Shown here in pieces: positions 1-11,700 of a stretch of DNA of 64,000 nt (the stretch's first letter is position 1; every line of letters starts with the position of its first letter). Where the stretch lies: positions 97,092,001 to 97,156,000 of the forward strand of contig JAGIQG010000008.1 in assembly GCA_024679065.1 (NCBI GenBank). Direction: 5' to 3'. The notes under the pieces are model-generated. The model saw only the letters and a program-made list of their open reading frames with translations, ran no database searches and was not told where the DNA came from. The position numbers and the translations under genes were made by a program. Source of the stretch: Sphyrna mokarran (taxonomy: Eukaryota).

Positions 1-205
1 CACAATACAAAACTATCTGCATAAGAAAAAAAATGAATAATTCTTTAATTCACTATTTTAAGATTTTGAAACATCTTAGAATAAAATTCATTGTAAAGGA
101 AGTACATACTTCCTTTATATATATTCTATATTTTGGAATTATTGGAAGCACATACAAAATGGGAGCAAGTGGCAATTTTTTCCTGCTTGCCATACCATAA
201 AATGC

Positions 206-298
206 CTCACTCATAACATGTTTTCTCATCCTCAATCATTCTTCCTCCATTTCCACCATATCACCTTCTTCATTGTTCAGGTCACAAATCTTCTCCAG
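206..298 (-). pseudogene. NUCB2: Degenerate nucleobindin-2 exon (EF-hand linker region)
   Basis: Minus strand reads [30 protein letters not shown] (31 codons), colinear with NUCB2 [31 protein letters not shown]. In-frame TGA at 238-236, acceptor is AA rather than AG, donor is GC rather than GT. Confidence 0.85.
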
Positions 299-411
299 TT
301 GCAGTATTAATAAAAAGAGGAAGTAGCTTAAAATTGAACTTTTCATTTTGCCACTCATTTAACTGGACATTAGCATAGCCAACATCCTTCAGCAGAAGCT
401 GATAAAGTAAA

Positions 412-699
412 ATGGTTTATTAGTCACAAGTAGGCTTACATTCACACTGCAATGAAGTTACTGTGAAAATCTCCTAGTTGCCACACTCCAGCACCTGTTC
501 GGGGACCATGAGGGGAACTTAGCATAGTAAATGCACCTAACTTGCACATCTTTGGACTGTGGGAGGAAACTAGAGCATCCGAATGAAACCCATGCAGACA
601 CAGAGAGAACATACAAACTCAACATAGAAAAAGAGTCAAGCCAGGAATTGAACCTGAATCTCTGGCACTGTGAAGCAGCAATGCTAACCATTGTGCCAT
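412..699 (-). mobile_element. tRNA-derived SINE (elasmobranch HE1/V-SINE-like family)
   Basis: Same ~290-bp unit recurs throughout the window, with A/B-box-like head and 3' tail GTAAGCCTACTTGTGAC..AATAAA. Confidence 0.75.
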
Positions 700-844
700 C
701 ATTTTGTATCACAAAACTTTGTTGTCAACTATTTTGAAACTGAAAGAACTTAGCAGGCATTCTGAACTTCCCTTTTCTATATTCTTGCATTCACTGAAAT
801 ATTAAAAGTAGAGAGCTGGCTAAACATGCAAAATATTAGCAGAC

Positions 845-2150
845 AGAGTGCCATAGGGGTTTACAGCATGGAAATAGTCTCTTTGGCCCAACTTGTTCAT
901 GCCACCTTTTTTTTAAACCCCTAAGCTAATCCCAATTGCCCACATTCGGCCCATATCCCTTCTATACCCATCGTACCCATTTCACTATCTAAATGCTTTT
1001 TAAAAGATATAATTGTACCTGCCTCTACCACTACCTCTGGCAGCTTGTTCGAGACACTCACCACTCTCTGTGCTAAAAAACTGCCCCTCTGGATGCTTTT
1101 GTATCTCTCTCCTCTCACCTTAAACTATACCCTCTACTTTTAGATTCTCCTATCTTTGGAAAAAGATATTGCCTGTCTACCTTGTCTATGCCCTCTTTAT
1201 TTTATAGATCTTTAAAAGGTCACCTCTCAGCTTCTATGTTCCAGAGAAAAAAGTCCTAGTCTATCCAGCCTTTCCTCATAACTCAATCCATCAAGTCCCG
1301 GCAGCATCTTAGTAAATCCTCTCTGCACTCTTCCTAGTTTAGTAATATCCTTTCTCTAATAGGGTGACCAGAATTGCATACAGTATTTCATGTATGGCCT
1401 CACCAATGTCTTGTATAACTTCAACAAGATGTTTCCACTCCTGTATTCAATGTTCTGACCAATGAAACCAAGCATGCTGAATGCCACCTTCACCACTCTG
1501 TCCACTTGTAACTCCACTTTCAAGCAGCTATGAACATGTACCCCTAGACCTCTTTGTTCTGTAACTCTCCCCAATGCCCTCCCATTAATTAAGGAAGTCC
1601 TGCCCTGGTTCAAGCTACCAAAATGCATCACCTTGCATTTGTCTAAATTAAACTCCATCTTCCATTCATCAACCTACTGGCCCAATTGATCAAGATCTCG
1701 TTGCAATTGGAGATAACTGTCTTCACTGTCCACTATGCCACCAATCTTGACATTGTCTGTAAACTTACTAACCATGCCTCCTATATTCTCATCCAAATCA
1801 TTAATATAAATGACAAATAACAGTGGGCCCAGCACACCGCTGGTCATAGGCCTTTAATTTGAAAAACAACTCTCTACAACCAGATACCTCACCCTGGATC
1901 CCATGAGATTTAAGTCTATGCAACAACCTATCATGCAATATCTTATCAAAGGCCTTGCTAATGTCCATGTAGACAACATCAACACTGCACTGCCGTCATC
2001 TACCTACTTGGCTATCCTTTCAAAAAACTCAATTAAATTTGTGAGATATGATTTTCCACTCACAAAACCATGCTGACTGTCCCTAATCAGTCCTTGCATC
2101 TCTAAATGCCTGTAGATCCTGTCTCTCAAAATACCTTCCAACAATTTGTG
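845..2150 (-). mobile_element. CR1 LINE, 5'-truncated and degenerate
   Basis: ORF fragments MEFNLDKCKVMHFG and LYKTLVRPYMKYCMQFWSPY are typical of the CR1 RT C-terminus. Confidence 0.9.
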
Positions 2151-2669
2151 GTGCAGCAAGTTTGAAAATGTACTGTTTTTAATACACTGATCAAATTAAA
2201 TTCCTCTCTGGGCTACTTTCATACATATGCTAGTTAGGTTAACAAATACTTAGAATAGCAGAGGTAGAAACCCAATACAACTATTAATAAAGCACAAAGA
2301 GGTGTGAGAACAAATACATGTCTAGGATTTCAATTTTTTAATGATGAGGAAAGTTTCCACATATTTTGAAATAATATTCACTTTTAAAGTTTAACTTCTA
2401 TTTTAATTGAGACATAATCATTTACTTCACTACTTGAAAATTTAAATGAAAATGAAAGGCATTGGGCACTTTTAATTTGTTTGCAAATATTTCAGTATGA
2501 TTGGCTGTTTATCCACCTGCTGACATCACCACTGCTGCAAGCAAGGGAATCCCCTTGATACCTGATTGAAACTGCCACCAGAAGGAGATATTCCGAGGGG
2601 ATTTCTTGGCATTAGAGATTGCTAGAAATTTGAGGTCAGCACTGAGTTCATCACTGACTCCAAAATCCA

Positions 2670-3557
2670 GATGTAGAGATGCCGGCGTTGGACTGGGGTA
2701 GTAAGAACTCAGTAAGAATCTAGCAGCACCAATTTTAAATCCAACCGATTTATTTGATAGTAAATTTGTGAGCGTTCGACATTCTGTGTCTTCGTCAGGC
2801 AAATGCAGTGTTCTGGTCTGCAATCGTACACATATCAACACAGACAGTCACAGATTGCTGATTAGAATGCGAATTCTTACATCTAACCTGCTATTCAAGT
2901 GTTAAAGTGGCTAACAATGTGTGTGAAGGGAACCCTGAGCATTGGTTAGAGAATTGTGTATTTTCTCCAGACAGCACAGTAAGTGAGGTTTTTTGCTAAC
3001 CCAGGCAAGTTACGGGGGTTACAGATAGTGTGTCATGAAGCCAAGATCCCTATTAAGACCGTCCTCATGTGTGCAGAACTTGGCTACAAGTCTCTGCTCA
3101 GCGACTCTGCGCTGTCGTGTGTCACAAAGGCCCCCTTGAAGAACATTTACCCGCAGGTCGAAGGCCAAATGCCCATGACTGCTGAAGTGTTCGCCCACAG
3201 GAAGGGAAATGTTTTGCCTGGTGATTGTTGAGCGATGCTCATTCATCCGCTGTCATAGTGGTTAGCAAAAAACCTCACTTACTGTGCTGTCTGGAGAAAA
3301 TACACAATTCTCTAACCAATGCTCAGGATTCCCTTCACACACATTGTTAGCCACTTCAACACTTGAACAGCAGGTTAGATGTAAGGATTTGCATTCTAAT
3401 CAGCAATCTGTGACTGTCTGTGTTGATATGTGTGCGATTGCAGACCAGAACACTGCATTTGCCTGACGAAGACACAGAGTGTCGAAAGCTCGCAAATTTA
3501 CTATCAAATAAATCGGTTGGATTTAAAATTGGTGTTGCTAGATTCTTACTGAGTTCC
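2670..3557 (-). mobile_element. Penelope-like retroelement, 5'-truncated, with inverted copy of its 3' end
   Basis: ORF 3019-3246 (EHRSTI..PVGEHFS..EQRLVAKFCTHEDGLNRD) is a GIY-YIG endonuclease C-terminus. ~2705-3000 and ~3260-3557 form an imperfect inverted repeat. Confidence 0.85.
3457..3497 (+). ncRNA. Minimal type I hammerhead ribozyme motif in Penelope repeat
   Basis: ATTTGC-CTGACGA-A-GACAC-AGA-GTGTC-GAAA-GCTC-GCAAAT: stem I ATTTGC/GCAAAT, CUGAnGA and GAAA cores, stem II GACAC/GTGTC, vestigial palindromic stem III. Confidence 0.8.
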
Positions 3558-3984
3558 AAAATCCAGCCCAATGTATTTTATTATGGGAGAGAGGCAGCTT
3601 CAACATTGTTCTCATGAGGACTGTGCATCGCCTCCCTGAAACTGGGCTTCAGCAAGGAGATCTGGATATCAAGGAATTGAACTAGCAATTAAAAAACTAA
3701 GCCGATGTATTATAAAACTATGAAAACTTTAATTAGAAGTTATTTATATAAATTATGTTTCTGTTAAATTAGGTGAATGTAATAATGTTTCTACAGCAGC
3801 AACCACAATGGGAAATACCATATAATTATTATTTATAGGTGTCTTATTATTAAATCTTTCTTTAAATTTATATTATTGCCCTCAGTGATACCGCTCAACT
3901 GAAGGTAAATTCATCAAAGTGAAACCAAATTCACCTAAGGTGACCTTAGGCTGCTCTGCAAAAGGGAAAGATGATGACATAACA

Positions 3985-4125
3985 TGAGGGTCACCACCAC
4001 ACCTTCAGGCAAGGGTCAAGGTTGAGATGGCAGGGCTTTCATGAATAACCTCAGCCAGTATAGGAATTAAAATCCATACTATTGGCATCATTCCTCATCA
4101 CAAACCAGCCATCTAGCCAACTAAG
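3985..4125 (-). mobile_element. tRNA-derived SINE head (second family)
   Basis: Reverse-complement homolog of 35650-35810, with TTAGCTCAGTTGG A-box-like and GGTTCAATTCC B-box-like motifs. Confidence 0.55.
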
Positions 4126-4490
4126 TTTAAGTTTTGCTCTGTGTTATACAGATTAGCACGGATCACTTTGGTTTTCTCTTCCTTATGACTCTCAGTCATT
4201 TTTGGAAAATTGCAGCCAATATTTCAAGTCCATATGATTGAATATTTCAGATTTTAACATCTGCAGTGTTTTGCTTTTACATTTTCTATCTGATTGGCCA
4301 CATATCCTTAAGACATGCTGTATCTCTTATCACTATTTAAAGCTTCCTTGAAGAGACTCCTTGAGACCATTTGACTAAGTTTGTGAGTACTTGAGCCTCT
4401 TCTTGTGGTTCAAAATTAGACTTTGTTTTAGAATACTCTTGTGAAGTATCTTGGGACATTTTATTAAGGTTAAGCTACATAAACAAAAAA

Positions 4491-4790
4491 AAGTTTAAAA
4501 GTTTATTCATTAATGTCACAAGTAGACTTACATTAACACTGCAATGTGAAAATCCCCAAGTTGCTACGCTCTGGCACCTGTTTGGGCACAATAAGAAGTC
4601 TCACAACTCCAGGTTTGGGTACACTGGGTACCTGTTGGATACACAGAGAATTTAGCATAGCCAATGCATCTAACCAGCATGTCCTTCGGACTGTGGGAGG
4701 AAACCAGGGCACCTGGGAGAAACCCACGCAAACACAGAAAGAATGTGCAGACTCCGCAGACAGTGACCCATGCCAGCTATTGAACTGGGC
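4491..4790 (-). mobile_element. tRNA-derived SINE
   Basis: Homologous to 412-699. Confidence 0.7.
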
Positions 4791-5629
4791 TTAAAATTCA
4801 TGACGTTGTTATAATACTGAACATTTTGTTGCAAATGACATTCCACGCTGGTCTAAAAGTAGCTTGTTCTTCATGTGGCACTATTTTAGGATCATCACTG
4901 CGTCCGTGAATGCTTTTGGAAGTAAACTGATTCTTCCACAGTCGCTGCATTTACCCTTGTCACTTTTGATTTTTTTAAAATTCATTCATTGGGTATGGCC
5001 CCAAATTCATTGCCCATCCCTAAGGGCAGTTAAGATTCACTTTGCTGTGAGTCAACGCATCTGATAAGGACAGGAAATTTCCTTTCCCTGTGGCTTTTCT
5101 TAACGACAATTGTCTAATATTTATTGAATATAAATTTCCTCAGCTGTCATTGTTGAATTTGAAGGAGGCGCTCCCCAAAACATCGCCTCCTCATAATATC
5201 TCCTTCAGCCGCCTGCAACAACACAACAATTCACCCTTATCAACAATTCAGAGATTTCTGGTTCTTCTGGTAGCAAACAAACCCTGAAATGCAACAGAAA
5301 TAAAATGGTTTTGATTATGATTAACAGACAAGAAATAGAATTGATTCCATGATGGTAAATGAAAGTAGTAAGAAGCTTCACAACACCAGGTAAAATCCAG
5401 TGACATGTTGTTCACATCAATTGAGGCTCTGGCCGCAGGGTTGTTTGGGAGTGTACACGATGTTCTGGAGAATCGCAGTTCCTGAAACATCTTTTATTAC
5501 ACTAAATATTATTCACCCGCGAAAACGCTAACAGAGTTTATTGTGGCACAGGATTGAAAATATTTCAAACAACATAGGATTGAAATAGCGCCACAATTCG
5601 GCTGGAAACCGTGTGAACAAGCAAGTGAC

Positions 5630-5659
5630 AAAATCGAAAGTAAAATAGTTCTCTTCCTT
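5630..5659 (+). promoter_or_regulatory. Putative IRF element plus ETS core just upstream of the start codon
   Basis: AAAATCGAAAGTAAAA (AANNGAAA-type repeat) followed by CTCTTCCT in a locally CpG-enriched stretch. Same order as the motifs at 61074-61116. Confidence 0.4.
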
Positions 5660-5669
5660 ATTTTGTGAA

Positions 5670-5781
5670 ATGGCTGCCGCGATGTTGCTGGATACAATCT
5701 GTCTCCAGTGGAGGTTTGGAGCTGGTGGTCGCTTCTTCTTGTTTGGGGCTCTACTTACTGTGTACTTGGTCTCTCCGACAG
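5670..5781 (+). CDS. Exon 1, signal peptide
   Basis: gaaATGG Kozak context; MAAAMLLDTICLQWRFGAGGRFFLFGALLTVYLVSPT; donor G|gtaaag, phase 1. Confidence 0.75.
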
Positions 5782-8700
5782 GTAAAGGAACAACGTGGTG
5801 TGCGGCTTCTGTCCTGCAAATTGTCTTGTTTCAAAAGAAAAACCGACCCACAAAATGGAGGCTTAACAATTAAAGCAGAATGATAAACTCTTCTCCGGAA
5901 TTGACAATTTTAAACAACTTTAGAACTTATGTATGTGTATGTGTGTATTTGTTAGAGTCAGTTCTTGTCATTGACAGTATATCTGCTCGTGTGAAGAAAA
6001 ATTACCAAATTATATCTTGTCCAGCCCCACCCATTCTCTTCTGGTGGGGCCATTATTTAGTTTTAAACAAAATGAGTTCAGGTTATTTTTTAATTTGTTC
6101 TTAAGTCAAAAGTGACCATGAAAGCCGTCGTGGGAATATTTGCTGAATCCTTCAGTGAGAAGGAAAGTCTGCCCCAGTCGGAGTTCCAGTCCTGTAAGGT
6201 GTCATATCTGAAATGGTCATGGCCACGGAAAGTTGGATTGGACCCGCCACCCAAGATAGTGAAGTAATTAGGATCAGCAGTAAATGCTGTTCTAGTGAGT
6301 ACAGTAAGAGGTCTGACAACATCAGTTTTAAATCCAACCAATTTATTTGACAGTAAACTCGCAAGCTTTCGGCTTTATAGCCTTCGTCAGGCAAATGAGG
6401 TGTTCTGGCCTGCAATAGCACACATTATCAGCACAAACAGTTTACAGATTGCTGATTAGAATGCGAATCCTAACCTAAGTGAGTGACAGCCTCAGTCTGT
6501 GAATGGATACCAAAACGAACTTGAAACCCTCTCTCAAATGAAATGGATACTTAGTTAAATTGAGTTAGGTTCTGTGCTTCGCAGAGCTCCAAAATATATC
6601 ACACCTTTTATTGAACAACTCCTGTATCGTGTATAACTCCTCACATCACTGCATGAGAAGCAGAAAATATATATAGTATATTTGGTATATATGCAGCAAT
6701 AATGAATTGTGTTATTATGGCCACTTCCATCTCAGGCTTCCCCCATACCCACCCTTCCTCATTCTTGCCTCATCTTTGCTGTGAATGAGGACTCAGGAGA
6801 GGGTTGGTAAGATGGAAGGAGAGGGCAACAGGGGTTCTGGATGGGAGAGTCAGGAAGGGAAGTGACAGGTGGAAAAAATGGTGAGTGGGAGTGTCTGGAT
6901 GAGCAAAAGAGTCACAGTGAGTAGCAGAGCTGCTCCAGTTTTCACATGCCACTTCCACCGATACATGCTCATGTGACTGGCGGAAGAGAGGGCTTGGGCT
7001 GCCCCAGTGACCAGAGTGGGCGCATACTGGAATGTGGAGGAGGGGCTGGATGTCATCAGGACTACCACCTCGTGTGAATTGTTCAATGTTCAGCTCACAA
7101 CCAAATCCCTCCAGAGCCTTATAAATATGGTGCTCAGCCCCGACTGCATTTGTGCTGTAGCATGTGAAGTACTTCTGTCTGAATTGACCTGTTTTTGGTG
7201 CAATAATTCATCCAAATAACTTATTTAAATTATAAATGGTTGAGGTCCCAGCATTGATCCTTGGGGCACACCATTTATTACAGCTTAACAAACTGGCAAG
7301 CCAATCAGAATAAACAGTGCTCTCAGTTGCCTAATGCCTAGACTCCATTTATGGCCTCCTTGCTCAGACCCAAGAGCAAATCAATGAAAAAGTCCCCTAA
7401 ACTGGATGCCACTGCCCCTTCTTTCCTGTGTGGCCAGGATTTGGAGTATGAGACTGGAGTACAATCAAAAATTGTTGAGCAACCCTTTCAGATAATGAAA
7501 AATGGGCTGCAACCTCAGCACTCAACATAAACATGGAACATAGACTTCATAAGGCCACAGATAATGCAGGCAGCCTACGTGACTGATTTTACTTTCCACT
7601 GTATGGACTGCTGGTTATAATATCTCCACAATAAATTGTTAATGGCAAAAATGGAGGAGTCCCTTGTAGACAGCCATTGGTTGTGGTTTTGCATCCTCTG
7701 GGCAGCAAGATGGGACGTCAAAGTGTGTCTAGACAGCTGGTAAGCGCAAGTGGAGATTGTGCAGCGACAACCCATCCAATAAATCGCCCTGAAAAATGGT
7801 TTTGACAATGGGACAATGGCCCCGGCGCAGTTTTGGGTCAGGCCAATTAAGTAATTCTGTCCAAAAACAGGTCAATTCAGACAGAAGTACTTCACATGCT
7901 ACAGCACAAATGCAGTCGGGGCTGAGCACCATATTTATAAGGCTCTGGAGGGATTTGGTTGTGAGCTGAACATTGAACAATTCACACGAGGTGGTAGTCC
8001 TGATGACATCCAGCCCCTCCTCCACATTCCAGTATGCGCCCACTCTGGTCACTTGGGCAGCCCAAGCCCTCTCTTCCGCCAGTCACATGAGCATGTATCG
8101 GTGGCAGTGGCATGTGAAAACTGGAGCAGCTCTGCTACTCACTGTGACTCTTTTGCTCATCCAGACACTCCCACTCACCATTTTTTTCCACCTGTCACTT
8201 CCCTTCCTGACTCTCCCATCCAGAACCCCTGTTGCCCTCTCCTTCCATCTTACCAACCCTCTCCTGAGTCCTCATTCACAGCAAAGATGAGGCAAGAATG
8301 AGGAAGGGTGGGTATGGGGGAAGCCTGAGATGGAAGTGGCCATAATAACACAATTCATTATTGCTGCATATATACCAAATATACTATATATATTTTCTGC
8401 TTCTCATGCAGTGATGTGAGGAGTTATACACGATACAGAAGTTGTTCAATAAAAGGTGTGATATATAGTTGGCAGATTTGGCTGATGACACAAAAATGGG
8501 TAGGAAAGTTGTGAAGAAGACATAAAGAGCTACAAATGGATATGTTAAGCTAATGGGCAAATATCTGCTAAATGTAGTATAGCATTGGAAAATGTGAAAT
8601 TGTCCATTTTGGCAGGAAGAATAAAAGAGAAACATACTACCTAAATGATGAGGAATTGCAGAGCTCTGAGATGCAGAGGGATCCGGATGTCTCAATGCAT

Positions 8701-11700
8701 CAATTACAAAAAGCTAGTATTCAGGTTCAGCAATCAATTTGGAAAGCTAATAGAAAGTTATGATTTATTGCAGAGGGAAATTGAATACAAAAGTAGGGAG
8801 GTTATGCTTTATGTATGCAAGGCACCACTGAAACCATATCTGGAATAATGTGTACAATCTTGAGTTCCTCATTTAAGGAAGGATTTAAATGCATTGGAAG
8901 CAGTTGAGATAATGTTTTCCAGGCTAATATCTGAAAGGGAAAGGTTGTCTTATAAGGAAGGGCTGGACAGGTTAGGCCTATATCCACTGGTGTTTAGAAG
9001 AACAAGAGGCAACTTGATTGAAATAGGTCAGAGCCTGAGGGATCTCAACATGGTCGAAGGGAGATGTTTCCTTTCACGGGAGAATCTAGAACTAGAGGTT
9101 GCCCATTTAAAATGGGAATGAGGTGAAATTTCTTCTTGGGAGTTTTCTTCCAGAAAAGGTGGAGGAAGTAGAGAGTGTTGGAATATTTTTGTGACAAAGC
9201 TGGACAGATTCTTGGTAAGCAAAGGATGATAGGTTATCATTGGTAAGCAGAATATATATTTGAGGTTACTATCAGATCAACCATGACCTTATTAAAAGGC
9301 GGAGCAGGCTTGAGTAACTGAACGGCCTACCTCTGCCCCTTGTTTGAATGTACTCTATTCTATGCTTTTGTTTGTGCCCTGTTGTTCCCCTAGAGATGGT
9401 GCACAGAATGGCCGGCAGTAAGCTGGAGGCCTTGTGCGACTGTTGGTACTATATGAGCTAAAGAACATCATCACTCCCAAAATGCTATTTTGATTTGATA
9501 AGCTTCATTGTTTGTGTTGAAATAATGAGAGTAACCCCATTAGGAGTGGATCAGAAATATTTTGTTCCTTTTAATTTATTTTTAAAAGAGTGTAAAGACT
9601 GACGTCAGGGGCACTGGCACGAACTTATTACATTGTATTCTGTAAATAAATCTAGTATTTAGTTCAAGATTGGCATCTACTTTCCTATCTCACCATTGGG
9701 CTTCTGAATAAATAAATACCCTTCTTCCACTCTTCCCCCAACTAAACTTGAGGTGAGAGTGATTGCCCTTGACATCAAATCAGCATTCAACAAAAACTGG
9801 CAAAGTTGAAGCAAGTGGATTTTGGGGTTGCAGGGGGAGGAGATGGGTGTTGTTGGAGGCCAATCATCTCGGCTTTAGGATATTGTTGCAGGAATTCCTC
9901 AGGGTGATGTTCTAGGCTCTACCATCTTCTACATCTTTGATTTGATTTATTATTATCACATGTATTAGTATACAATGAAAAGTATTGTTTCTTGTGCATT
10001 ATACAAAATATCCCATTCGTAGAAAAGGAAATGAGTGCAGAATGTAGTATTACAGTCATAGCTATGGTGTAGAGAAAGATCAACTTAGTGCGAGGTAGGT
10101 CCATTCAAAAGTCTGACGACAACAGGAAAGAAGCTGTTCTTGAGTTGGTTACAATGTGATCTCAGGCTTCTGTATTTTTTTCCGGACGGAAGAAGGTGAA
10201 AGAGACAATGTCTGGGATGCATGGGTTCCTTAATTATGCTGGCTGCTTTGCCAAGGCAATGGGAAGTGTAGACAGAGTCAATAGATAGGAGTTTGGTTTG
10301 TATGATAGATTGGGCTGCAATCACGATCTTTTGTAGTTTCTTGCAGTCTTGAGCACAGCAGGAACCATACAAAGCTGTGATAAAACCAGAAAGAATGCTT
10401 TCTATGGTGCTTCTGTAAATATTGGTGAGACTTGTAGTTGACATGCCAAATTTCCTTAGTCTTCTGAGAAAGTAGAGGCGTCGATGTGCTTTCTTACCTA
10501 TAGTGTCAGCATGGGGGAGACCAGGACAGGTTATTGGTGATCTGGACACCTAAAAACTCAAAGCTCAATGGCCTATCGGCCACCATATGGTCTGATTTGG
10601 GGATGCTTGCTGATAATTGCACAATGTTCAGCATCATTTGCAATACCTCAGATTCTGCAGTCGTCCATATCCATGTGCAGCAAACATGAATGGCAGCTTG
10701 GATGATATAGAACACTACAGCACAAACAGGCTCTTCAGCTCACAATTTGCGCCAATCATACCCATACCTACTAGGCCATAGAACTACCTGTAACTCCCAA
10801 TCTCATTTAATCCCATGTACTCATCCAGAAGTCTTTTAAAAGACCCCAGCGAGTTCGCCTCTACCCCCACCGATGGCAGCTGATCCCACTCACTCACCAC
10901 CCTCTGAGTGAAAAATTTACCTGCAACATCTCCTCTGTACTTACTGCCCAGCAAACCTGTGTCCTCTCGTAGCAATCATTTCAGCTCTGGGAAATAGCCT
11001 CCGTGAATCCACCTTATCTATTCCTCTCAACATTTTATAAATCTCTATCAGGTCTTCTCTCAATCTTCGTCTCTCCAGGGAGAAGAGACCTAGCTCTCTC
11101 AACCTATCTTCATAGGGCATGCCTCCCAATCCAAGCAACATCCTTGTAAATCTCCTCTGCACCCTTTTAATAGCTTCTGCATCCTTACTGTAAAGCGGTG
11201 ACCTGAACTGCACACAGTACTCCAAGTGGGGTCTGACAAAGGTCTTATAAAGTTGCAGCATTACCTCCTGACTCCTAAACTCAATCCCTTGATTAATGAA
11301 GGCTAGTACACTATACGCCTTCTTGACCACATCCTTCACCTGCGAGGTTGATTTAAGAGTCCTATGGACCCGGACTCCAAGATCCTTCTGCTCCTCAACA
11401 CTGCTAAGACTCCTACCCTTGATGTTGTACTCCTTTATCCCATTGGTCCTGCTAAAATGGACCACTGCAAGTTTATCTGCATTAAAGTCCATCTGCCACT
11501 TCTCCGCCCATTCTTGTATCCTATTTATGTCTTGTTGCAACTTCTGACATCCCTCCAGACTATCCACAACACCACCAACCTTCGTATCTTTGGCGAACTT
11601 ACTAACCCACCCTTCCACTTCCTCGTCCAGGTCATTTATGAAAATGATAAACAGCAAGGGTCCTAGAACAGATCCCTGGGGCACTCCACTGGTAACCAAT

